Shown here: piece after piece, positions 50,083-63,636 of the stretch
Layout: every line of letters begins with the position of its first letter
Position numbering within the stretch: the first letter of the stretch is position 1
DNA from: the human T2T-CHM13v2.0 reference genome, Homo sapiens
NCBI RefSeq assembly: GCF_009914755.1
Contig: NC_060941.1
Reading direction: 5' to 3' (one strand)
Length of the DNA stretch: 64,000 nucleotides
The notes under the pieces: model-generated
Told to the model about the DNA's origin: nothing
Database searches by the model: none
Seen by the model: only the letters and a program-made list of their open reading frames with translations
Position numbers and translations under genes: made by a program

Positions 50083-53000
50083 CTGGAGCTCACTTTTAAG
50101 CTACATGTGCTTTGTGGAGCAAAGTCATCATTTGGTAGGGGCTGGACCCATAGTTCGGTCTTCCCAAGACTTTTGGGGACTGTTTCAGACCATTCCCATG
50201 CTGCGTGTCCGCCACGTTGCTTCCACAGAGCCTCTCTGTGGTCCATGGCTCTTCCCATTGCCCGCAGACCTCACTTCCTCCAACTTCTTGGAACTTTCCA
50301 GATTGAGAGAATAACCACAAACCACTGAGGCCGGAGCACTGAAGAGTCCAGCTCTTTTTCACCTCTGTCAGCGGTCATGAGGGAGCCTGCTCTCTGTGGG
50401 GACAGATCTATTTTTGGTGTAACACGGATCGTGTGAACACTGATAACCTCAGACAGAGTGATTTTCTTCCATGTTTCTCAAGCATTTAAAGGGAAGCCTC
50501 TGGAACCACCGTGTTAAGCTCCTGACACGGTCCACAGCTTGCTCTAAGCCTGTTTTGATCACTTTTCTAATACAATGATATCGTTTCACATTCTCAGTAA
50601 TTAGACTCTGTAATCCCTCCATTCTACTCTGTGTGACCTTTATCTTAAATGACATTTTTAAAATATGAAGTTTAAAAATTAAAAAAAAAAACCATAAAAC
50701 AATGTTTGCAAAAAATGTACTAAAATGAATTATAGTTTCTAAGCCCTAGGCTGTCATGCCTGGTGGAAGCCAAAGGACTTGGCTCAGACCCACCCCTGGG
50801 GCCAGTCCTACAGCTGCAGGTAAGTTATGCCCACCTGCCTGCCCATGGGCGGGAGACCCTGCCCGCATGCCCTTTCGCCAGCAGCATCAAATGGAGGCTG
50901 GGGGTGATGAGCTTGTCAAGTGGTGGCCGATGACACTTGTATTGTTTTCCCTACACCTTGGAAAGTGACTCAAATGGCAAACATATGTCTCCAAAGTCAT
51001 GCCCAGGGTTTCTTTCCCTCCAGAATTCCTAAAGACACTCTGAGTCCCAGCTTGCAGTATGAATGGAGGCTGGGGTCTGACCAGGTGATGGGGGTGTGAG
51101 AAGTTGCCTTATATGGTGGCCCCTACATTTCACAGCCCCTGGCAGATGCTGCAGTTTCCACATCCCTGGGGAGGGGTGAGAGATGCTGTAGATGCCTTTG
51201 TGGGATCTGAGCACACACGCAGCCCCGAGAGTCGGGAGGGAAGCCGGGGCTGGGAGTAGGATCTCTGCCCTTTGCACAGCTGAGGTCTGGCAAGATGCTT
51301 CTCGGGCAGGAACCCCAAGGGGAGCACTTTCTCCACGTGATCCATCATTTCCTGGGGGTCTTCATGAGTCCTTAGCCCCAGCTTTCCAGCTTCACACCAG
51401 CCCCCTCCCGGGTGGCCCTGGAGCCTGGGTTATTTGCTGTTTTTTTTTTTTTTTTTCAAGCGGGCACCACACCCGTGGACTGTCTGCCAAGAAGGACCAT
51501 TGTTCGTGAGAATTCCTCCCTGGCTCCAGCTAACCCTTAGATGCACTATTCTGATTTTGTGGGCTTGAATTCTTATTTTCTTAAGCCTCACTTCTACCCC
51601 TACCCCCCAACTTATTCTTGCCTTCTCTCAACCCGGCCTTCTCATCAAACCTCATTTTGTTGCCCAAAAAGCTTTGAGAGGTGGGCGGGGATGTGGAGGT
51701 GAAGCCCTTCAGGAAAATTGAAGGTGGCTGTTTGACCTGGTCTCCGGAGTAGCTTTGCGTGCCCGCCTCGGAGAGGAGGCAGGGAGGCCCCCTGCATTCT
51801 GGGAGAGGAGGCTGTCGGGTAACCTAAGTTGGGGAATGCAGCGGTGATGGGAAGTGAGTGGGAGGCAGGGGTGGGAATAAGCGGGAGGAGAAGATAGGCT
51901 AAAGAATGAAAAGCAATATCTCTCCCCCCAGAATTGAGTTGATTAACCTGTAGAAAGGGAGGCCCTGCCAAGCCCAACTTCCTTGTTTCCAGAAACCTTG
52001 GCACGGAGGCCCCGTTTCTGGCAGAGGCCTCTCCTAGTCGGGGAACCAGCAAAGCAGCTGCTGTGATTTTCTTTTTCCTCTCATTTCTGGCAATCCGGAA
52101 TGGGACTGTTTACTTTTTTCTTCCTCTTTCCTTCCCCACCCTCCTGTAGCAGGGAGTTGGTTCTGGTTAATGTTGAAGATCATAACATGATTACCCCAAA
52201 GTCTCCTGAAATTAAATCACTTTTCTTCAAAGAGAAAGGGGTGGGGGGACCGTCTGGCTGGTAGGCCAGCGAGGACGAGCGGATATTGAAAGCAGCCTGG
52301 CAGCTGTGATTCACTTTGCACAGCGGAGGCCCGGCAAGGCCCAAGCAGCCATGCACAGGGGCCGCATTTGCAAACAGTGGCTGGGAGGAGTCGCGTATCC
52401 CACCTGGGCCCCAGACACCTGTCTCCTGAGCGCCGAGACTTGGGGGTGGAAGGTGGGAATCAAAGCCGCGGGTGAAGGTGGGTGCAAGGTGATTCAGAGA
52501 GTTGAACCTGAACATGAGTCATCTGGGAAGAAACTGAACTTATCAAACAAGTCCCCACGAGAGTTCTCCATCACCTCCCACCCTGGGAGTTCATTGAGTC
52601 AGGGCACAAATTTCAGGGCAACTTTGCCACCAGAATAGCCTGGGATGGAAATCCGTCTTCAAAGCCTAACTTCAGTGGTAGCTGGAGGGATGTTTGTTTG
52701 TGTCTTTCCTTGTGCTGGGTCTTCCTGAACTCATTTGATTTTAGAGGTTGAGAGGACCATAGAGATCCTCCAGCATCTGCCCTCCCGCCGAGTGCAGGAG
52801 TCTCCTGTATACTTGACCCCAGCAAATAATGCTCAGCCTCTGCTTCCTTCCCTCCAGGGCAAACATTTGCCCTCTTACAAGGTCAGTTTTTGAAGAGAGA
52901 ATATGGGAATTGCACCTGTTGATCCAGGTTGTGCGTTCCAGAGACTTGGAGATCCATGGTCCCACTTGGTGGGTGCCTGGCTCGGAAAATGACACAAAGT

Positions 53001-54249
53001 GAATGTGGTATTCTCTTCGTCATGGGCAGCCTGTTGGGGATTCTTGGCCCTCTTTCGCGCAGTGAGTTCAGCACTCCCTCTTTGTGGCTGTTTTCCTGGG
53101 CTGTTTCCTACCGTTTTTCATTCAAGGGAATCAGAGGAGTGGGAAACCATGTGGAAGCAGGATCTGGAAGATGCTCGATTCTTGTTGCTGGTGTCCCGGT
53201 ACCTTGAGCTCTTTGTTTGGGGCCAGTGACCAGCCTGGGAGGCCCAGGAATCAGTGGCTATGTTGAGTGAAGACTTTAGGGGATTGGTCTTTTGGCGCCA
53301 AGAGGGCACCAGTTAGGCAGCAGAGGGACCATTTGAGAGAAGGCAGTGGTGCCGGCTCTCGCGAACCAGTGCGGGAGGGAAGCCTGACAGGGGCGAGGTG
53401 GCTTCCTGCAAGACGGCGTGTAAGCTCAGCAACTGCATTTTTCTGAGGAATTAGGGATGGGACGCGGCCAGCCCGCTCTGGTTGGAGCTTGGTGCTGTGA
53501 CTCATTCTCATCAAGGGTCACTGAGCGTCTCTCTGCGCGTGGCCTTGGGCTGAACTCCTCACCTGGCCAGCCTTCTCGAAAATGTGTGTCATTCCTTGTG
53601 AGGCAGAGCCATGGAGCGGGTGAGTGAGTGTGCAAATCAGTGGAAATTCATCTGCACCACTGGAAAAACAACTCCAAGTTCATGACTTGTTGGCTTCAGA
53701 GGCGTGACTGTGAAGAATGGAGCTGACATTTTTGTTTTTCACTCAACACGCCCAAGTAGACAGATCCAGATGACTCTCCTGTCCACTTTAGGAGCCACCT
53801 GGGGAGGTGAAACACTTCTTCCACTGGCCTGGAGGGCCCTTTTACCAGCCCCGTGGGGAAGTCAGTCTTGTTACTTTACGGCCTCAGTTTTTATCCAAAG
53901 ACAACATCACCTAGGCATGATCACTGAGCCTGTTCACCAGATTTGACACCCAAGGGTTGAGGCTGGATGCAAAAGTCCTATGCAGGTCCAGGGGCTGAGG
54001 AGCTGCCACTATCTGGGAAATTCAGGAGTCCCCAAGGGCAATTCTCAAAGGCAAGTCTCAGGAATGTGTTGGGCCCATTGGAATACTGTTGGAATAAGTG
54101 AGCCGTCCTCACTCTGCGTTTCCCAACACACACGGGTCTTACCCAACGGGATGTGTGCATGTGAGTGTGGATGTGGAATATGCTAGCTTGTTAGAAAGTC
54201 AGCCTCAACATGTTGTGGTCGGGCCTAGTTGGTTTGTTTACCAAGTCTC

Positions 54250-54780
<531 letters not shown>

Positions 54781-55548
54781 GGTGTGTCACAGGAATGAAA
54801 GGGGACGGCCTGTCAGCCTCTCCAAGCTCATCGTCATTGCCCCTCCTAGCTTCTTTGGGAGGGGGAAGCTTTGAGACCCTCAGGGACTTCAGTCCTATGG
54901 CCTCAGACTAGGGATGTGTGTGTGGCTCTGCAGCCCCCGGAGGTGTGGCCTTGTGCCAGTCCCAGCGCTGCAGGGAAGAGGCAGGACAGAAGTGAGGGGA
55001 AGACATGTTTCCCCAGGGGGGAAAATACCCCGCCTGGAATGGGTCAGTGGTTGGCAAACTTTCATTTAGCTGACAGAATCCTCCATGGAATCTAATGAGA
55101 TAGAGCAGAAGAAAGCAGAGTTGCCTGGGTTGACGTTAGGGAGGCCCCATGGGCTGGCCCACCCCTCAACCCCAGGTTCACCCTTGAGGTGAGGCCACTG
55201 AATCCTGGGGCTCCTTGAGGTCATTTTTAAAAACTGCTGGTCAGAGAGAGGAGGTGATTCCCCATGGTCCCTCAGCTGACTGTGCTCATGAGAGCTGATT
55301 TGAGAACCTGACCCCTGTGGAAGACGCACAACCCTACTGTGTGCCCTTTAAGCCTCATGACAGCCACTACCTTTGTTAACATGAGGGAGGCCCAATGTCC
55401 AAGTGCAGTGGAATCCACCCAGGTGGGGAGGGTCTGCAGAGTCCTCCATCCTCCATCCACACCAGCCTGCACACTGACCACAGCTGGGAATTTCTTAAAG
55501 GCAGAGGGATGGGAATGCCTGGACATGTCCCCTTTAGGTTCTCTATTT

Positions 55549-55886
<338 letters not shown>

Positions 55887-56579
55887 TAGCTCACAGTTTC
55901 TCAGCCTTCAGCATGTCTAACAATTAGAATTCAACATGAATACATAAAACCACACACTTTGCATAATTATTGATTTAAGTGACTTTCCAGGGTATTTTGA
56001 CAGTCAGTTATTTTTAACTCCTGTGTGACTTTATCAACCACATGCCTCCACCCAGGATGGGGTGTCCCTGAGGACTCAGCCCCTGCCTCCTGGCTCCACA
56101 CTGTCAGAGGTGTCTTCTTGCTAGACGGGTTCCCCTGCAGTTATTCTAGGAAGCCCAGTGTAGACCCAGCTGCTGCCTGGCCCTCTCCTTCCTGGAAATG
56201 TTTCCCACCCCGTTCTGTAGCAGGTAATCATCAGACAGGTGGGTGAGCAGAAGATTGGCTGTGGTCTCATGTCTTCTGTTTGGGGCATCTTGGAATTAAC
56301 AAAGCAGGAGACAGAGGAAAGAACTGATAACAGTTGGAGGTACAATGTCTCTAAAACATGGATGTCCAGCCCCAATTCTCCAGTTGGGAATGGAAAGGTT
56401 CAAAAGAAAAAAAAAGGAAGAAAGGAACAAAAAGAAATGGAAGTAGTGATGTAGATTTTGGCCAGGAAGAGGAACAGGGTTTGGGGCTACATGTTGTTTG
56501 AGGAACGGCCCCAGGAGAACAGAAGTTCAGATAAATCAGAGGTGAGAGGGAAGGCATCCAGAGGCAACAGGATATTGGA

Positions 56580-56785
56580 GGTGGGGCAGTGGCTGAGAAT
56601 CAAAAGCCTTGGCTACCAATCCAGGCCATATACCATCAGCTCATTTTAGCACTCTGAACCATTCATGTCGCTTTTCTGAGCCTCAGTATCCTCACCTATA
56701 AAATGGAGATAATAATCCCCAATTCCCTTACAAGGTAGTTGTGAAGACCAAATCAGCTAAGGCAAAGAGGACATGCTTTAAGTGC
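56580..56785 (+). mobile_element. MIR
   Basis: CTGAGCCTCAGTATCCTCACCTATAAAATGGAGATAATAAT. Confidence 0.8.
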
Positions 56786-57237
56786 TATATGAATAATAAT
56801 AACAACAAATAAAGTACACTTCTGTTAGAAACAAAGTGGGAAAAGTTGATAAAGATGAACTTTACTGCTAATAAAATATCCAGGAAAATTGGAAAGGTGA
56901 TGGAGAGGTCATTGGAAGAAACTTCAGACAAAAGAAATGTATAAACCACCCATTTCTCTAGTCTTAAACGGGTCTCCACAACTTCAGCCATGCAGGAGAG
57001 TTAAGAATCCCTCTAAGCGGATGAGGCAGGACCGGTGTTCAATGAATGTCTGTTGGTCATCAGTATTTGTGGAGGCTTATGGGGGTCCTGGGCTCTGTGT
57101 GGGGATTGTGGAGGTCATCCCAAGGAAGATGTTTGCCTTAACAGGTTTAATTATCATTACTCCACTCCTGTGTTCCCATTCCCAGATGGTGGTTAAGCAC
57201 TCCTTGTCACCACTCAGTATTGTTTGTTAATTTGCCT

Positions 57238-57290
57238 GCCCATCCATCTATCCATCCATCCATCCATCCATCCATCCATCCATCCATCCA
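57238..57290 (+). repeat. (CCAT)n tetranucleotide microsatellite at the tail of a minus-strand L2 (~57230-57620)
   Basis: About 12 CCAT/CTAT units followed by TTTACTGAGC...CAGGCAGTGTGCT. Confidence 0.88.
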
Positions 57291-58707
57291 CCCAGTGAAC
57301 TAAGATTTACTGAGCCTTGTTCTGCATCAGGCAGTGTGCTTGGTGATGGGAGAGTGGTGAGCAGAAGAATGGCGATCCCTTGCTTTCATGAGGCTCTCAC
57401 AGTCCAGTCTAGAGTTAGACAGGTAAGTATCATAAGCTGTGATTAAGCAATGGGGAGGCACAGGTTGCTATCCAATACCAGGCAGCAGTTCCCTGGGTGG
57501 GGGCAGTGGGATCGTTAGGAACAACTTCTGGAAGGAAGGACAGGGAGGAGTTAGCCAGATGAAAGGGGGCCAGAGAGAAAATGGACATGGCACAAAGGCT
57601 GGTACATCTGGGAGCAGGTGAGGGATGGAGCGTGAGCATCCTGTCCCCCGGAATCTCTGGCTCCCGACTGCATTTTAAAGATGAGTACCTGAGAGTCTGC
57701 ATGAATTCTGGCAGAAATAGCTTCAGCCTTACCACATTTCAGGGTAGCTTCTGTTCTTAGATCTTCTTTATGGCTGAGGTTTTATGTTCCAGAACATGAC
57801 TTGCTCAGTGTCTTTTCTAGAAGGAGTCAACCAGGGTACCTGGGCCTAACCTCTGGGCAACCTGCAATGGCAAATAAGATAGAAAAGTGAGACTCTGTGG
57901 GCTTCTGGGATAGAGAAACCATCCCTGGAATGTCCCCAAGGAAAACTTGATCTCTGGAGTCACCCCTCTGAACTTCTCAAACAAGTATTAGTGAGTCAGG
58001 CAGACAGAAAGTCTTCCTGGAGCTGATATTCTGGAGAAATGATGCGGTTTGCTCCAGGAGACAGAGTTCAGCCCCCTTTCTACGCTTCTCTTTTACTTTG
58101 AACCCATTCTTTGAAGAACATAGAAGCTGATTTAGGAACTCTGGAGTGCATACATCTGGAAAGAAATAGAACATCCAGGGATGCCCCCATGGCTTCTACA
58201 ATCCTAATGGCTCCTCAGCCTCTCCCTCTACTCCACATCCAGCCTTGGGTTCTGGGGGAGAAGACCCATGGGCAGGAAGAGGGCCTGAGATGGCAAAGAA
58301 GCAGAAGCTTGATAGTACAGGGCCCCAGATCTTTTGTGCAGCCCAGAGCTGAGGTTGTGATGGAAGGACCCCTTCTGTAGACCCCCTGTTGCTGTGCCGA
58401 GGGAGTAGAACCCTGCTCCAGGGTGGTGGGGTCACCATTCTTGGGGGGTAGGAGATACCCAGGGGGTTAGCTGCAGCAACTTGTGCATAATCTCTTGTGC
58501 ATTCTGGAAGGTTTTTCAATGTCTGAAACACTTCCTCCTCAGCTTTGGACTTTTTTCTAGTCCCCTTAAAAATGTGTCTGTACAATGGGATAGGCTGGGG
58601 AGCTTATCTTCTCCTCCCCATCTGTATTGATGGCTTTGATTGTGAGCAGTGTCTCTTTTTTCCTTAACACTATTCTTTCCTCTAGCACCCCTTCTAGCTG
58701 GTCCCCA

Positions 58708-59325
58708 CCCCTGAGGAAGTGTTTCCCCAGCGGACCTATTTTCTGGCCCTTGAGGAAGTGGTTCCCCAGAGGAAGTGGTAGCCCAGTGGGTCTAGTTCCT
58801 GGCCTCCCAGGAAGTGGTTCCCCAGCAGGCCTGTTTCCTGGCCTTGGAGGAAGTGGTTCCCCAGTGGACCTGTTTCCTGGTTCCCCCTGGGAAGTGGTTC
58901 CTCAGCGGGCCTGTTTCCTGGCCCTGGAGGAAGTGGTTCCCCAGTGGACCTGTTTCCTGGTTCCCCCTGGTAAGTGGTTCCTCAAGCAGGCCTGTTTCCT
59001 GGCCCTGGAGGAAGTGGTTCCCCAATGGGCCTGTTTCCTGGCCCCCAAGGAGGTGGTTCCCCCTGGGAAGTGGTTCCTCAGCAGGCTTGTTTACTGGCCC
59101 CTAAGGAAGTGGTTCCCCAGTGGCCTGTTTCCTGACCACCAAGGAAGTGGTTCCCCAGCAGGCCTGTTTCCTGGCCCCCGAGGAAGTGGTTCCCATGAGG
59201 ACGTGTTTCCCCAGCAGGCCTGTTTCCTGGCCCTGGAGGAACTGGTTCCCCTGAGGAAGTGGTTCCCCAGTGGGCCTGTTTCCTGGCTCCCTGAGGAAGT
59301 GATTCTCTAGCAGGCCTGTTTCCAG
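58708..59325 (+). repeat. ~39-bp minisatellite (VNTR), ~15 imperfect copies with short 17-bp variants
   Basis: Consensus GAGGAAGTGGTTCCCCAG(C/T)(A/G)G(G/A)CCTGTTTCCTGGCCC(C/T)(T/G). Confidence 0.95.
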
Positions 59326-59677
59326 GCTCCTTGCAGTCTCCCCAGTGTCTTCAGCACATCGTTGAAATTTGTAACTGAGGTGACCAATGACCTTCGTAGC
59401 TAAATGCAGCCCCCTGCGTGACCTCTGAAGCACTGCACACATGGACCTCTCTATCCCCTCTGGAATTCTCTCCTCATTGCTGCTCAGGCCTCGTCTGTCT
59501 CCCTCCTTGACTGGTCCTCCTTGCTGCCTTCCCTGGAGCCCTCTACACTTCAGGTCTCACCGATCCCATTCACTGTTAGAGTTAAGAGGTGGATGGTTCC
59601 AGTTATCCATCTCTGTTCCAGTCTCTCTAGAAGCATCCAGTAGTGTTATCTCTAACTTAGAACATTTGAAATCTCAT

Positions 59678-60504
59678 TGTAATATTGTGAAATGTATATT
59701 TGGTCTTGGTCCCTGTTTCTTGGCATACAACTCCTAAAATCCTTGGAATCTTCAAAGGGATCAGATGTCTTTTGTGTGCTAAGGATTGGTTGGTGGCTGG
59801 CAGCCTCCAGGTAGCTTCAGGATGGAGGATGGTTACCAGAAAGACCATGGCAGGGTGAGAGGGCTTGGACTTTCCCTCTCCCTGCCCCACCTCCGGTGAA
59901 GCAAGAGGGGTTGAAGGTTGAAGGTTGGGCTGATCACCCGTGGCCAATGATTTAATCAGTCATGCCTGTGTAATGAAGCCTCCATAAAAACTCAGAAGGA
60001 CAGCGTTTGGAGAGCTTCTGATAGCTGATCATGTGGAGGTTCCTAGAGGGTGATGGTCCCAGGGAGGGCATGGAAGCTCCTCGCCCTTCCCACATGTCTC
60101 ACCCTATGTATCTCTTCACCTGTATTCTCTGTAATATCCTTTATAATTAACCGGCAAATGTGTTTCCCTGAGCCACTCTAGCAAATTAACTGAACCTGAG
60201 GAGGGGCTCTAGGGAACCTTGACTTATAGCTGGTTGGTCAGAAGCACAAGTAAAACAACCTGGGGCTTGTGATTGGCATCAGAAGTGCTGGGGGCAGTCT
60301 TATGGGACTGAGCCCTCAACAGATGGGATTTGACACTATATCCAGATACATAGTGTCAGAATTAAATTGGAGGACACCCAGCTGGTGTCCGTTGCACAAT
60401 TGTTTGCTTGGTTGTTGGAGAAAAAAATTCCCTCACACTTCTTGGTGACCAGAGGTATTGATTGTTGTGGGGTGAGTGTGAGGAGAAGCTGTTTTTTGTA
60501 CAGA
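59678..60504 (+). mobile_element. MER21-family solo LTR
   Basis: Starts TGTAATATTGTGAAATGTATATTTGGTC; 5-bp TSD CTCAT at 59673-59677 and 60505-60509. Confidence 0.82.
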
Positions 60505-61249
60505 CTCATCTTAATGACTGAAACGTACTTCCTCTGTGGTTATCTCTGTGCCAATGAAGATCACCCAGGAGCCCATCTTAATCTTTGACGTCTCAACCAG
60601 TCACCTAATCTTGTTGATTTTCCCCATGTGATGTTCCATTTGCACCTGTTTCATTCCATTTATCACCAACACCCAAGCTCTGTTCACATGGAGACCTTCA
60701 TACCCACCCAGATAGTCTCCTCACCTCTCGTCCTCCACCCCCAAACCCACCTGCCCCACCCGTCCACACATCCTGCCGTGAAGTACTACCTTTCATCACA
60801 ACAGGTTAACGAGGAAGCCGACTGCTGTCGCAGAGAGAGCTCTGGCCTCAGGTGGGCCTTTCTCAATATCTTCACTCCCGGGAAGAGGAGATTGATGACA
60901 GTCCCTTGCAGATATGAATGGCAGGAGGCTGGGGGTCAGGGGTGGGATAGCCATAGAGGAAGCACTTTCATGCCTTAAGGTTGCCTTCAACCTTAAGTTA
61001 ATAGTTGGCTGCACATTGAAGAAAGTCAGATAAATATTTAAAAATTCACTTTTAACCTTACATAAGGCCTGGAAGAGCACTTCCATTTGCCAACTTGCTG
61101 CAGGGCCAAGACGTTTTCTCCGAGTTTGGGTCTGCTGGGTGGGTTCTGTGTTGTCTCTTGCACAAACCTTGTCTCCAGTCTGCAGTTGGTTTCATGAAAG
61201 TGGTGTGATTCCTCAGACAAGCCTGAAGTTATCTGGGTTCAAAATCTTG

Positions 61250-61553
61250 TTTTTTTGTTTGTTTGTTTTTGAGACTGAGTCTTGCTGTGTCCCCCAGGCT
61301 GGAGTACAGTGGTGTGATCTTGGCTCACTGCAACCTCTGCCTCCTGGGTTCAAGAGATTCTCCTGTCTCAGCCTCCTGAGTAACTGGGATTAGAGGCACC
61401 CACCACCACATCCGGCTAATTTTTTGTATTTTTAATAGAGACGGGGTTTTGCCACGTTGGCTAGGCTGGTCTCAAACTCCTGACCTCAGGTGATCCTCCC
61501 GCCTCAGCCTCCCAAAGTGCTGGGATTACAGGCATGAGCCTCCACGCCTGGCC
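61250..61553 (-). mobile_element. AluS
   Basis: TSD ATCTTGT.TTTT. Confidence 0.95.
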
Positions 61554-61921
61554 AGCATCTTGTATTTTTAAAAATAATTTTGCCTCAATCTTTTCTGGAT
61601 ATCTCCTCTACACCTCATTTGACAGCTGCATTTTGTAAATGTAGTGACTGGTTTTGTTGAGTCTTTGCAGTTGAGTTTTCATAGAAACAACCACACTTTT
61701 CACACTGTTTTAAATGGGCTGAGAACATACACAACTGGCTGGTGAGGGCAGCTGCGCTCAGGCATGAGGCAGAGTGTGGGGCCGTGAGCAGCGCACACAC
61801 ACTGCCTGCTGCAGACGCCGGGCCGGGGGCTTCACAGAGAGGATAGGAGGTCTGCGTTACTCTACGAGTGCATAGAGTAGAGATTGGCCATGAGAGTTTC
61901 TCGCCTTTTTTTTTTTTTTTA

Positions 61922-62200
61922 ATTTTGGATGACAGAATCAGTTTATGAAATGATCTTGATTGGCTAAGATGATGGAACCAACCAAATCAGATGAAACATC
62001 GGGAGGATAAATCTGAAGTCTTCCTTAGGTCTAAAGAATGAATTGCACCATTACCATGTCATAGATACTTATATTATCAGTGAGACTCAAGGGTTTTAGC
62101 TGAGGGGAGGATTTATTTGAGTCAACCATGGATGTGGTTGCCAAAGGAAGCTAACGTAAGCTTCGATCATCATAGCTCTCTAGTGTCTAGAGACAGGAGG
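61922..62200 (+). mobile_element. L3/CR1 LINE fragment
   Basis: GGGTTTTAGCTGA...GATGTGGTTGCCAAAGGAAGCTAA...TAGTGTCTAGA resembles the CR1 RT 3' region. Confidence 0.6.
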
Positions 62201-62201
62201 T

Positions 62202-63055
62202 TGTAGGGGACACTGACCATCTCCTCAATACCCTTCCCACCCCTCATTCTCCGTGTTCTGCCATTGGCCTTGGGGGGATTGTCCGTGGGTTTTTTTTTTC
62301 TTCTTCTTCTGAGATCAAGTCTTGCTCTGTTGCCCAGGCTAGAGTGCAGTGGCTTGAGCTCAGCTCACTGCAAGCTCCGCCTCCCAGGTTTAAGTGATTC
62401 TCCTGCCTCAGCCTCCTGAGTAGCTGGGATTACAGGCATGCGCCACCACACCTGGCTAATTTTTGAATTTTTAGAGGAAGGGTTTCACCATGTTGGCCAG
62501 GCTGGTCTCGAACTCCTGACCTCAGGTGATTGGCCTGCCTCAGCCTCCCACAGTGCTGGGGTTATGGGCGTGAGCCACTACACCCAGCTGATTGTCTGTG
62601 GTTTTGTAATCCAGTCAGGATGATTCCATGCTCCTTGCCACGTGATTGATCAATACACAGCATTTTCCTGGCTACAGGAATTGGTTCAGGAATGGTCATG
62701 TGACCTGGTTTGGTCTAATGAAGCATGAAGGGACATTGGCTGAAGGCTTTTGTAAATAAGGTACCTAGCTCTTCTGTGGGGGATTCTGGAAACTAGCCTT
62801 CTTGCTCACCTTGGATGCTGTGGTGTGTGGATACGAAGCCTGGAACTGCTGCATCCCCTTTGCTATCACAGGGAACACCCACCAAAGGATGATATTGAGA
62901 CCACGAAGGCATAGAGGACATAGAAGGACAGGTAGAAGACACTAAGTCCTGGATCACATCCCTGAATGAACCCGGTTCTACCTCCGGACCTTCAGTTACA
63001 CAAACCCATGTAATTCAAGCCATTTTGGGTCGAGTTTTCTGTTAGTTAGCACAGA
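62202..63055 (+). mobile_element. MLT1-type (MaLR) solo LTR interrupted by Alu (62290-62588, -)
   Basis: TTGGTTCAGGAATGGTCATGTGACC, GCCTGGAACTGCTGCA and GGACCTTCAGTTACA...AAGCCATTTTGGGT..GTTTTCTGTT. Confidence 0.7.
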
Positions 63056-63337
63056 GATGAGTCTTCGCTTCCTTGGGGAGAGACAGATATGCTTAGAATA
63101 TTGCATTTGCTTCTGGGCTCTGGCCTTTGAGAGGCACATTGAGGAGGTGCAGAGTGGCTGATGAGAGCCACCGGGCTGGGGAAGGGGATTGAAAAAGCGT
63201 CTATCATGGGGGTGATGATCCACTTTTGGGTGTAGATCATGTTAGCATTCTTTTAGATGGAAAGCTTCCGAAATATATTTCCAAAAGGATACAGTTTGTA
63301 GAAATGCAGAATTGTTAACTTTTCAGAAGCACGTGTA

Positions 63338-63463
63338 GTTGCCCAGGCTGGAGTGCAGTGGCTTGATCTAAGCTCACTGCAAGCTCCGCCTCCCGGGTTT
63401 AAGTGATTCTCCTGCCTCAGCCTCCTGAGTAGCTGGGATTACAGGCATGTGCCACCACGCCTG
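63338..63463 (-). repeat. Tail-less internal Alu fragment, copy of 62329-62454
   Basis: 126 bp with 6 mismatches by my count and shared non-consensus bases. Confidence 0.85.
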
Positions 63464-63636
63464 CATGAGATAAGATATTCCTGTGGCTTTCACTAACATG
63501 CTGGGGATAGCCAGAGAAAAATTCCATGAACGTGCAGGATGATTTAAATAAAAAGAGGCTGCTTTGTCTAGTCATTGTGTGGGAGGGAAACCCAAACCCC
63601 AAAGTGTCCTCATTCCAGTGTAGAAACAGCCACTAG

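Noticed and set aside
58627-59310. 227-aa ORF with repeated EEVVPQ/RKWFP motifs
   Set aside because: Product of the ~39-bp minisatellite; the peptide motifs switch frame with unit length.
58708-59325. CRISPR-like array
   Set aside because: Units are contiguous tandem copies without unique spacers; eukaryotic context with no cas genes.
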